DNA from: a virus
Length of the DNA stretch: 64,000 nucleotides
Direction: 5' to 3' (one strand)
IMG/VR virus record: IMGVR_UViG_3300032435_000001
Of the stretch, positions 38,918 to 47,522 are shown piece after piece (position 1 is the stretch's first letter; each line of letters opens with the position of its first letter). A model generated the notes under the pieces. The model was not told where the DNA came from. It was given only the letters and a program-made list of their open reading frames with translations, and did no database searches. The position numbers and the translations under genes are program-made.

Positions 38918-40333
38918 ATATAACATAGTACCACAATCATAAATTCGATATAATTTTCGTTCTAACATAATTTCATGTTCAGTTTTATTAACATCAAAAC
39001 CCTCTTTTAATAACTCACTTTTTCTAAATTTAAATCTATTCACTCTATTACCCTTAAAAACATAAAAATAATTTGGTTTACTATTATGAATGAAATTAAA
39101 ACCTAAAGTATCATATAAACTACCTTGACTCCAACGTCTATCAGCATAACTAATAATATCAATAGGTCGGTTGTTTAATGTAAAATTTTTAAATAACTTT
39201 GAAGCACCACCAATAACACTCGTATTTATTTTATTACAAAACCTAATTAACTCATAATTACCATTTTTAGGTTTTGAACCTAAACTACGTCTTAAATCAC
39301 CAAAAGTCATTAAAGACACTAACTCATTATTATAATATAACCCTAAATTAATCTTAGAACCCACAGCACCTTGGATGTGATTATCGTTTAAGAATTTAGT
39401 TTTTTCCTTAACTAAAACATTTTTAACCTCACATTTCCTAGCATATATCCTATTTTCATTTAAACCTAACATATTACTAATTCTACTTTTAACAATATCT
39501 TTTTTATTAACCCACTCATCCTCAAAAATATGTATCAATTTAATACCATTTTCCAAACATTTATTAGTTTTATTTAAATGATATTTATTATCCTTAAACA
39601 ATTCAGAATGCCAATATAAACCATTATACTCAATGGTAATATTATGTGATGGAATATAAATATCTAATTCAAATGGTTTTATAATACTTTTATCATTACT
39701 AATAAAATTAACACCTAAAGATTTAATGAAGTCCTTAACTTCCGTTTCACTTTTATCATATTTTAAACCACATTTAGGACAACCTTTACCATTTAAATGG
39801 TCGTTTGGGGTTTGTGAATAAGTACCATGTTCCTCACAAATTATATCAACTTTTATTTTAGATGATGTGTAATTAGTTAATGAGTAATCATATTTATTAG
39901 AATGAGTTAATTCTGATTTCTCATAAAATTGTAAATTAGTTAAATTTCTTTTATCATTATAACATTTAGGGCAATTTTGTTTATAGTGATTATTAGGTAA
40001 AGTATGGTAAGGACCATGTGTTTTACAAATAACAATTAGTTTTGTTTTAGCATCAACATATTTTGTTAAAGAATAATCATATTTATCCCCATGAATACCA
40101 ATTGATTTATTAATAAAAAATTCAGTATCAACTTTAGGATTTTTAGAACAATGTATACAAGCCTTTTTACCCCTTAAATGCTCAGAAGGTGATTGTGAAA
40201 ACTCAAAATTATGTTTAATACATTTAATATTTATCTTATCAACACTGTTACTATACACAGTATTATCATAATTAAAATCTTTATCTAAACCCTTATTTTC
40301 ACATTTACTCAAAAATTTTATTAATTTACTCAT
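38900..40333 (-). CDS. free-standing Hef-like homing endonuclease: three Zn-ribbon repeats, PD-(D/E)xK/Vsr-like nuclease and GNAT/Mom-like C-terminal domain
   Basis: Three YDYS...CxxH...H...CxxC repeats; ELDIYIP...IEYNGLYWH...IHIFEDEW; YELIRFC...GGASKLF...ISYADRRWSQGSLY..LGF; antisense between sheath and tube. Confidence 0.8.
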   Translation of the reverse strand: MSKLIKFLSKCENKGLDKDFNYDNTVYSNSVDKINIKCIKHNFEFSQSPSEHLRGKKACIHCSKNPKVDTEFFINKSIGIHGDKYDYSLTKYVDAKTKLIVICKTHGPYHTLPNNHYKQNCPKCYNDKRNLTNLQFYEKSELTHSNKYDYSLTNYTSSKIKVDIICEEHGTYSQTPNDHLNGKGCPKCGLKYDKSETEVKDFIKSLGVNFISNDKSIIKPFELDIYIPSHNITIEYNGLYWHSELFKDNKYHLNKTNKCLENGIKLIHIFEDEWVNKKDIVKSRISNMLGLNENRIYARKCEVKNVLVKEKTKFLNDNHIQGAVGSKINLGLYYNNELVSLMTFGDLRRSLGSKPKNGNYELIRFCNKINTSVIGGASKLFKNFTLNNRPIDIISYADRRWSQGSLYDTLGFNFIHNSKPNYFYVFKGNRVNRFKFRKSELLKEGFDVNKTEHEIMLERKLYRIYDCGTMLYKKTLY

Positions 40334-40351
40334 TTTTTTTGATTATTGATG

Positions 40352-40380
40352 TATTTATATGTAAGTACGACACAAAGATA
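40352..40380. promoter_or_regulatory. face-to-face promoters: late TATTTAT (+, 40352-40358, tail tube) and host-type TATCTTTG (-, 40373-40380, endonuclease)
   Basis: Both motifs directly visible. Confidence 0.5.
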
Positions 40381-40419
40381 CTAAAAATAAATATAATAAA
40401 AAGAAAAACAATAAAAATT

Positions 40420-40908
40420 ATGGCTGATTTATTAATGAAAATGCCCGTACCTTACGAACCTAAAAGGAAGAATAGATGGCTTTTTAGATTTCCGTCCGAT
40501 TTGGGTATTCAAGAGTGGTGGTTACAAAGTGCTGCTAGACCTACAATTACGCAAAACGAGGTTGAGATACCATTTTTAAACACTTCAACTTGGGTTATTG
40601 GTAGATTCACATGGGAAGCGATTGACGTTACCTTTAGGGATGCAATTGGACCCTCAACGGCTCAAGCTATTATGGAGTGGGTGCGTTTACATTCTGAATC
40701 AGTTACAGGTCGTCAAGGTTATGCCGCTGGTTATAAGAAAGACATTGAGATAGAGATGTTGGACCCGACTGGTGTTGTTGTTGAAAAGTGGGTTTTACAA
40801 GGTACTATGATTGTAAGTGCTAATTTTGGTGATTTATCAATGGATGATGATGGGATTGCTGATGTTACAACCAATTTAAGATTTGATAGAGCTATTTTAG
40901 TATTCTAA
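40420..40908 (+). CDS. tail tube protein (T4 gp19-like)
   Basis: YEPKRKNRW, GRFTWEAIDVTFRD, GYKKDIEIEMLDPTG and LRFDRA; ATG 40420 preferred over TTG 40339. Confidence 0.9.
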   Translation: MADLLMKMPVPYEPKRKNRWLFRFPSDLGIQEWWLQSAARPTITQNEVEIPFLNTSTWVIGRFTWEAIDVTFRDAIGPSTAQAIMEWVRLHSESVTGRQGYAAGYKKDIEIEMLDPTGVVVEKWVLQGTMIVSANFGDLSMDDDGIADVTTNLRFDRAILVF

Positions 40909-40952
40909 TATACTTTACTAAATAATAGTATACTTTACTAAATAATAATATT

Positions 40953-40982
40953 AAAAAAGAGGTCATTTGACCTCTTTTTTTT
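40953..40982. terminator. bidirectional intrinsic terminator
   Basis: AAAAAAGAGGTCA-TT-TGACCTCTTTTTT between convergent genes. Confidence 0.85.
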
Positions 40983-40983
40983 G

Positions 40984-41739
40984 CTACATTAAGTAGTCTT
41001 CATAACTATCATAACTATCATAATCCCTAACCTCATAAAACTCACCTATATCAAGACATACGTGTTCACATTCATCTATCTTCATATAGTTGCTAGTATG
41101 GTAGTGTCCATAGAAGTGTTTTTTAATTTTATTATTAAGTTTTAACAATTCAAATAATCTAGTAACCTCAAAACGTTCATCTACTAAATCTTTTGGTAGT
41201 GTAGGGTCGTAAGGGATAAACATTTTAACGTTTGATGCCCAACAATCTATTTCATTAATCATATGTTTATCAACATATGGTGTTGTGAAATTTGTTGTTG
41301 TATGTGTTACTAATATATCAACATCCTTTATTTGGTTAATCTTATCTAAATCAACTTTAAAACCTTCATCTTCCCAAAATTTAAAATTATCACCTCTATT
41401 AATTTCTCTATCAATACTTACAGCACCACCAACACCTAATATTTTTTTATTTTCAATATCTAACACTGTATAATCTTCTTCTAACTTAAGGTTGTTATAA
41501 ATATGGTTACCCTTGAAGTAATGAGGGTTATCATGGTTACCTCTAAAAACGTGTAGTGTGTTATTACCTAACTTTAAAGAATCGTTTAAATTATTAAATC
41601 TTTTTATTTCATTCTCATCTCTAGTAGCACCAGCACCAAAATCACCAACATGTATTAATGTTTGGTTTACCAATTTTTTCACTTTAATAACATATTCAAT
41701 ATAAGAATGGTTACCATGGGTATCACCAATAAAAATCAT
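40984..41739 (-). CDS. calcineurin-like metallophosphoesterase
   Basis: GDTHG, VGDFG, RGNHD, LVTH and FYGHYH; host-type box TATATTTG at 41757-41764 (-). Confidence 0.92.
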   Translation of the reverse strand: MIFIGDTHGNHSYIEYVIKVKKLVNQTLIHVGDFGAGATRDENEIKRFNNLNDSLKLGNNTLHVFRGNHDNPHYFKGNHIYNNLKLEEDYTVLDIENKKILGVGGAVSIDREINRGDNFKFWEDEGFKVDLDKINQIKDVDILVTHTTTNFTTPYVDKHMINEIDCWASNVKMFIPYDPTLPKDLVDERFEVTRLFELLKLNNKIKKHFYGHYHTSNYMKIDECEHVCLDIGEFYEVRDYDSYDSYEDYLM

Positions 41740-41784
41740 AATTTTATATTTAGAAACAAATATACTATTTTTTTTTATAAAAAC

Positions 41785-41860
41785 ATAATATTAATTAAAA
41801 AACTTTACATATATTATTTAATAAATAATATTAATTAAAAAACTTTACATATATTATTTA
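41785..41860 (+). repeat. 36-bp direct repeat (40-nt period) in the divergent promoter region
   Basis: ataatattaattaaaaaactttacatatattattta at 41785-41820 and 41825-41860. Confidence 0.9.
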
Positions 41861-41894
41861 TTAAATATATTATAATAAAATTTAACAAATAATT

Positions 41895-43154
41895 ATGTCA
41901 GAAGAGATTAATAAAAAACCAAATGTTTTTCCAACATCGGAAGAAATTGCTAAAGCTAATAGTACTGGGTCACAAATAGCTAATCAATTAAATGATGAAT
42001 TGATTAAAGAAAGTGTTGGTAGTTATGAATATAAACACTCATCAATTGAGGAAGGTTATGCTGAGCAGATGCGATTAAAAACGGAGTCGCAAATTAGATT
42101 AAGAGATGAAATGATGCGTAAAGCTCATGATTTAGCGGATAAAACGGACAGAGAACGTGCTATTAGAGATGTTAGAGGTTCAGTAATGGAGGTTAGACCA
42201 GAGTTGGCTGTTGATTATGGTACTAAATATGAAGTTGGTTATGGTAAAGGTAATAATTTAGAGACACCTAAAGTTGAAAATTTAGAACCACCTAAGGTTG
42301 CTACTTTAGAACCACCTAAGATGGATAACTTTAAAGTTGATGAGAAAGTTGATGAAAACAAATTAGGTAATGGTATGACCAATGAGCAGCTTTATGAGTT
42401 ATTAAGTAGACCGCAAGATGATTCACCATACGATGTAATACCATTACCTTCTAAAGGTAAGTTATATAAAAACGGGAAACCAACCATGAAAGTGGGGTAT
42501 TTAAACGCTTCTGATGAAAACATATTAACTAATCCAAATTTAGTACAAAATGGTAAGTTTTTGGAAATTTTATTTAATAGAAAAATGTTAGATACTGATT
42601 TAAGGTATAAGGATTTACACACTGGTGATAGAAACGCTATTATGATTTGGTTAAGGTCAACTGCTTATGGCCCTACTTATCCAATTAGTCTTTACGACCC
42701 TAGTGATTCTAAATCATTTGAGACAACAATAGATTTATCACAATTAAAAATGATTGAATTAAATGTTGAAACTGACAATAATGGTCATATATCTTATGTG
42801 TTACCTTTATCTAAGGATGTGATAACATTTAAGTTATTAACTGTAGGTGAAGTGGATGATATTGAGACTCATAATGATGAGATGGAGTTAAATTTTGGTA
42901 AGATGTATAATGATATGTCCACATTTACCATGAAAAAACAAATAACGTCAGTTAATGGTTCTTATGGTGAAGCTGTAATATCTAAGTTTGTTGACACTAT
43001 GTTGATTAGGGATGTACAAACTTTTAGAAAATATGTTAACTCAATTGAATGTGGTATGGATATGAATTTGGAAGTTAGGACTCCTGGGGGTGAGTCCTTA
43101 AAAACATTTCTTCCCCTTAACACATCATTTTTTTGGCCTGACCTCGACTTATAA
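41895..43154 (+). CDS. tail/baseplate hub assembly chaperone (T4 gp26-like) with long N-terminal extension
   Basis: IPLPSKGKLY, DENILT, DRNAIMIWLRSTAYG, LPLSKDVITFKLLTVGE, ending TSFFWPD. Confidence 0.75.
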   Translation: MSEEINKKPNVFPTSEEIAKANSTGSQIANQLNDELIKESVGSYEYKHSSIEEGYAEQMRLKTESQIRLRDEMMRKAHDLADKTDRERAIRDVRGSVMEVRPELAVDYGTKYEVGYGKGNNLETPKVENLEPPKVATLEPPKMDNFKVDEKVDENKLGNGMTNEQLYELLSRPQDDSPYDVIPLPSKGKLYKNGKPTMKVGYLNASDENILTNPNLVQNGKFLEILFNRKMLDTDLRYKDLHTGDRNAIMIWLRSTAYGPTYPISLYDPSDSKSFETTIDLSQLKMIELNVETDNNGHISYVLPLSKDVITFKLLTVGEVDDIETHNDEMELNFGKMYNDMSTFTMKKQITSVNGSYGEAVISKFVDTMLIRDVQTFRKYVNSIECGMDMNLEVRTPGGESLKTFLPLNTSFFWPDLDL

Positions 43155-43386
43155 ATCCTCGTTTTTACAGGAAATTTATTTATGTTTTAGGTATTTAGGT
43201 CTATCTTATTTAGATTTAAACAAGATGCCAACTTATGAGAGAAGGTTTTTCTTAAACCTATACGTTGAGGAAATGAATAGTAAAAATGAAGCTCAAGAGT
43301 CTAGAACGAATAACTCTAAAGGTAAGAAAACGATTAGTGGTGAAGCACTAAAAAATGATATTAGAGATAATAAGATAACTTTATAA
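43129..43386 (+). CDS. gp51-like/T-like second chaperone frame, probably reached by frameshifting (not in the ORF track)
   Basis: +1 frame reads FFGLTSTYKSSFLQEIYLCFRYLGLSYLDLNKMPTYERRFFLNLYVEE...; first ATG only at 43225; U7 run at 43128-43134. Confidence 0.7.
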   Translation, partial: FFGLTSTYKSSFLQEIYLCFRYLGLSYLDLNKMPTYERRFFLNLYVEEMNSKNEAQESRTNNSKGKKTISGEALKNDIRDNKITL

Positions 43387-43391
43387 TAAGC

Positions 43392-43421
43392 AATAAAAGA
43401 CTGTAATTACAGTCTTTTATT
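43392..43421 (+). terminator. probable terminator (30-bp perfect palindrome)
   Basis: AATAAAAGACTGTAA|TTACAGTCTTTTATT, 5 nt after the stop at 43386. Confidence 0.7.
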
Positions 43422-43483
43422 ATTTATTTACGTATTTAGTTGGGATTTATCTTTATATTTATATTTATATAAAAAATAATACT

Positions 43484-44749
43484 ATGGTTAAATTAATTAT
43501 AAGTGAGGATACATACTCCGTAGGTTTTAGTAAGATAAGAAAAGGTGATATTATGAACATCACCACACAAAATAAAAATATACAAGCGGAAGTTGTTGAT
43601 GTGTATTCAACACAAATAATTATTTCAGCCCAATCAAAAAATTATTTAATATCATTAGCCTCAATGTCTGACGATAATTTGAGTTTTTTAGAAGACCCAA
43701 CTGGTAGTAAAACTAGAGGTACTATTAAAGGGATTAAATCCATCATAATAACTAGAAACGGTAAAAATATTAGTAAGATATACCCTAACAACACTAACAA
43801 CGCTAAAAACACTAATAAAACTAATAAAACTAATAAAACTAATAAAACTAATAAAACTAATAAAACTAAAACTAATAATATTATAAAACCATTTTTTAAG
43901 GAAGCTTACGATTCCATATTAAGCGATTTAAACGATTTAACGGAGGGAGACACAGTAACATTTAGTTTTGGTGAGTTAATAACTAAAAACGACATTAAAA
44001 CGGAAAATAAAAGCACCATGGAGGTTTACATTGAAAAGGTTGTTAAGGATAATCTAATTAAATGTTTGGTTAATGTAGTTGAAGGGAGTTTATTAAGTAA
44101 TTTTTCAAATTTAAAGGGTGAAGTTATAATAATAAATAAAGCCAACTCATTTAGTTTATCGGAAAAAGGTGTTACACTTAACGCTAAGTTATTTAAACAA
44201 AATAAGACTAGTGATTTAGTTAGTATCCCAAATTTATATAAAATAGATAACGATGGTAAGGGGCCTGTTGGTGAAGTAAATTTTGATGATTTAATGCAGA
44301 ATCAGAATTTTAAGGATTTGATGTTAAGTAAACCCACTTTCTGGGGTAAATTTTTAAATAAGAACCCTAAAGGTGTTATTCCATTATTAAAAGCTTTAGA
44401 AGGTGGTACCACTAATAACTCACTATACGCAACAGCTAAAAAATATTTAGGTAATAATGAATATTTCTCCAAAGGTAAAAAAGTTAAATTAACTTACTTA
44501 TCACCTAAAGAAATTGACCTTGGTGGTATAATGTTAAAAAATGGTACTTCCTATTTTGGTGTTTTCTTAGACTCAAAAAGAGTTAAGTTGACTACGTCAA
44601 GACAAAACTCTAAGATTGTGATGGAATTACTAGAGAAAATTGGTGATGATAAATATAGGGTTAAAATAACTAAAGAAAATACTAGAGATATCGCTATTGG
44701 GGCAGTTGATTACGGTCAAGGTATAGTGGAACTTAAAAACAACGATTAA
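43484..44749 (+). CDS. hypothetical basic protein with (TNK)6 linker
   Basis: Late motif at 43462-43468; N-terminal MVKLIISE; 9-nt repeat at 43811-43864. Confidence 0.7.
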   Translation: MVKLIISEDTYSVGFSKIRKGDIMNITTQNKNIQAEVVDVYSTQIIISAQSKNYLISLASMSDDNLSFLEDPTGSKTRGTIKGIKSIIITRNGKNISKIYPNNTNNAKNTNKTNKTNKTNKTNKTNKTKTNNIIKPFFKEAYDSILSDLNDLTEGDTVTFSFGELITKNDIKTENKSTMEVYIEKVVKDNLIKCLVNVVEGSLLSNFSNLKGEVIIINKANSFSLSEKGVTLNAKLFKQNKTSDLVSIPNLYKIDNDGKGPVGEVNFDDLMQNQNFKDLMLSKPTFWGKFLNKNPKGVIPLLKALEGGTTNNSLYATAKKYLGNNEYFSKGKKVKLTYLSPKEIDLGGIMLKNGTSYFGVFLDSKRVKLTTSRQNSKIVMELLEKIGDDKYRVKITKENTRDIAIGAVDYGQGIVELKNND

Positions 44750-44751
44750 AT

Positions 44752-47265
44752 ATGGCTGATACTAATGGTTTATCCAATGAGGATTTAAAAAGGATGGAGA
44801 AATACCTCGAACTACAACAAAAAACAGCATCAAGTTTTAAGGGGTACGTAGAGGATGTTAAACAAATTAAGGTTATTTCAGAAAATATAGAATATATTGA
44901 GGCGAGAAAGGCTAAGATATTACAAACAATTAATGATTTAACTAAACAAGCTAAAAAAAGTAGTAAGGCTGAAAAAAAAGCGTTATACGATAAAATAGCG
45001 CAAGAGCGAGTATCGTTAAAAATAGCTATCGAAAAAATTGACGCTGCTAAGACTGAATTAGGTTATTTAGAGGAATCAGTTAAACAAACTAAATCACTAG
45101 TATTAACTAAAGAATCCCTTAAAAAACAATTAAAAAATGTTGGTGGGTTATTATTCCAACAATTGGGTTGGTTATTAGAGCAACAGAAAGCTGTTAAAAT
45201 GACCACTTTAAGTATGGGTGTTTTAGGCAACCAAGCGGGTGTTTTAAAAGCAAACCTTTACCAAGCGTCTGTCGCCACTAATAGGTTAGGTGTTGATACT
45301 AAAGATTTAGGTAAAATGCAATCTATATATTCAGAAAGTATTGGTAGAGCTGTTGTTTTCACAACCAAATCAAACAAAGCTATGGCAGAACTTTCAGCTG
45401 GTACAATATTAGGTGCTGAAGGTGCTGGTGAATTAGTGGCAAACATGGATGGGTTTAACGTATCAGCGGAGCAGAGTAGAGATTTAGTTGCGGATATGTT
45501 AAATAATGGAACTAAAATGGGTATTAATGGAAGTAAATTAACTAAAAATTTAGCTAGTAATATTAAAATGGCTAATAAATATCACTTTAAAGGTGGTGTT
45601 GAAGGTTTAGCTAGGATGGCAGCTATATCTACTAAGTTTAAAGTTGAGATGAAAACCATTGGTTCATTCGCTGATAATTTGTTTGACCCAGAAGGTGCTG
45701 TTGAGATGGCTTCTAAATTATCAGTTTTAGGTGGTAATTGGAGTAAATTGGGTGACCCTTTTGAATTGATGTTTAAGGCTAGGAATGATTTGACAGGTTT
45801 AACCAAAGATATTATAGCAGCTACTGAAGTAAGTGGTGTGTTTAATAAAACCACTGGTGAACTTCAATTTAGTGGTATGGAGATGCATCGACTAAGGGAG
45901 GCTGCTAAAGCTACTAATATGGAGTATGATGAATTAGCGCAGATGGCCCAAGAAGTTGGTAAGAATAACGCAAAAATGGGTCAAATGGTAACTGGTGGTA
46001 AGTTAAATAAAGAAGAAAAAGAATATTTAGCAGCTATTTCTAATTGGGATAAAGATAAAGGTAAATTCTTTGTTGAGGTATTGAATGATGAGGGTGTAAC
46101 TGATAGATATAATTTTGATGAACTACATAAGTTAGACTCCGCTATGATTAAAAACATAATGGACCAAGAAAAAAATTTAGCAGAAAGAGCTGAAGAATCT
46201 TTAACATTTGATGAATCTTGGAAAAACTTGGTGAATACTTTCAAATCAACTCTTTTACCAGCATTTGACGGGTTTAGTAAATCAATGGAACTTGTATTAA
46301 CTAGTATTGCGAAGAGTGGTGTGTTTGAGACAATTGCGCAATGGTCTATTACATTAGGTAAAACTTTAGCTGAGTGGCCTAAAACAGTTGCTGCCGTTTT
46401 AGCTGGTGCTTTCATAGTTAAAGAAGCTTGGTGGTTAGCTAGGGGTGTTTTTTTAGGACTCGGATTCAATACCACCGCTAGAGTTGGTGGTGGTGGTGGT
46501 GCTGCTGCTAGTAAAGCTACGAAGGGTAGTGGTGGTGGTGCTGCTGCTAGTAAAGCTACGAAGGGTAGTGGTGGTGGTGGTGCTGTTGCTAGTAAACTTG
46601 GTAAATTTACTAAATTTGCTAAAGTTGGTGGTGCTGCTGCTGCTAGTGGTGGTTTATTAACTGCTGCTTTTTCAGGTTATGATGAATATACTAGTAATGA
46701 AGAGAGTGGTATGAGTGGTGGCGAAAACGCTGGTAGGACTGCTGTTAGAAGTGGGTTGGCTGGTGGTGGTGCTTGGGGTGGTGCTACCGCTGGTGCTTCA
46801 TTAGGGCTGCTTGGTGGTCCATTAGCACCAGTAACGGTACCTTTAGGTATGCTTATAGGTGGTATAGCTGGCGCTATAGGTGGTGATATGCTTGGTGATT
46901 CGGCTGGTGATGCTATTTTTGGGGGTGGTGGGGGGAGTCAAGTTCATGATGACTTTATTTCCAGACCAGGAGCTGACCCAATATCATTTAACTCAGCTGA
47001 TACTTTAGTTGGTTTGAAGAAAGATGGTGGTATTGGTCGAGCTTTGGTGGAAAATAGCACTGGTAAGGGTTCAGGTTCTTCAGGTGTTAGTGTTAGTTTT
47101 GGTCAACCTTTAAGAATTGAAGGGAGTATTAATGTAACCTCTGGAAATAAATCAGCTTCAATTGATTTAGATAACCCATTCTTTATTAGAGAGTTATCTA
47201 AAATGATTCAAGAAGAAATAAGTAGGGGTATTGGTGGTGGAAGAACGAGTTCTAACCCAATTTAA
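44752..47265 (+). CDS. tape measure protein
   Basis: Long helical Ala/Lys/Glu-rich region, hydrophobic segment and Gly/Ala-rich C-terminal region; downstream of the tail chaperone. Confidence 0.75.
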   Translation: MADTNGLSNEDLKRMEKYLELQQKTASSFKGYVEDVKQIKVISENIEYIEARKAKILQTINDLTKQAKKSSKAEKKALYDKIAQERVSLKIAIEKIDAAKTELGYLEESVKQTKSLVLTKESLKKQLKNVGGLLFQQLGWLLEQQKAVKMTTLSMGVLGNQAGVLKANLYQASVATNRLGVDTKDLGKMQSIYSESIGRAVVFTTKSNKAMAELSAGTILGAEGAGELVANMDGFNVSAEQSRDLVADMLNNGTKMGINGSKLTKNLASNIKMANKYHFKGGVEGLARMAAISTKFKVEMKTIGSFADNLFDPEGAVEMASKLSVLGGNWSKLGDPFELMFKARNDLTGLTKDIIAATEVSGVFNKTTGELQFSGMEMHRLREAAKATNMEYDELAQMAQEVGKNNAKMGQMVTGGKLNKEEKEYLAAISNWDKDKGKFFVEVLNDEGVTDRYNFDELHKLDSAMIKNIMDQEKNLAERAEESLTFDESWKNLVNTFKSTLLPAFDGFSKSMELVLTSIAKSGVFETIAQWSITLGKTLAEWPKTVAAVLAGAFIVKEAWWLARGVFLGLGFNTTARVGGGGGAAASKATKGSGGGAAASKATKGSGGGGAVASKLGKFTKFAKVGGAAAASGGLLTAAFSGYDEYTSNEESGMSGGENAGRTAVRSGLAGGGAWGGATAGASLGLLGGPLAPVTVPLGMLIGGIAGAIGGDMLGDSAGDAIFGGGGGSQVHDDFISRPGADPISFNSADTLVGLKKDGGIGRALVENSTGKGSGSSGVSVSFGQPLRIEGSINVTSGNKSASIDLDNPFFIRELSKMIQEEISRGIGGGRTSSNPI

Positions 47266-47317
47266 AATAAATTTAAAAATATGTTAAAATATATTTGGTT
47301 ATATGAAAATAATTTCG

Positions 47318-47480
47318 TATTTTTTAAATAATATATTTTAATATATTAATACTATATATAATATATAGTAATATAATATATAATAATAATATATAATAAT
47401 AATATATAATAATAATATATAATAATAATATATAATAATATATAATAATAATAATATTATATAATATATAATAATATATA
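47318..47480. repeat. AT-only tract with four exact 13-mers; candidate DNA-unwinding element/origin
   Basis: 163 bp with only two G/C; ATATAATAATAAT x4 at 47378-47429; inverted repeat at 47350-47370. Confidence 0.6.
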
Positions 47481-47522
47481 GATTTTTTTTTAGTCTTTAT
47501 ATTTATTAATAAACAGTTTAAC

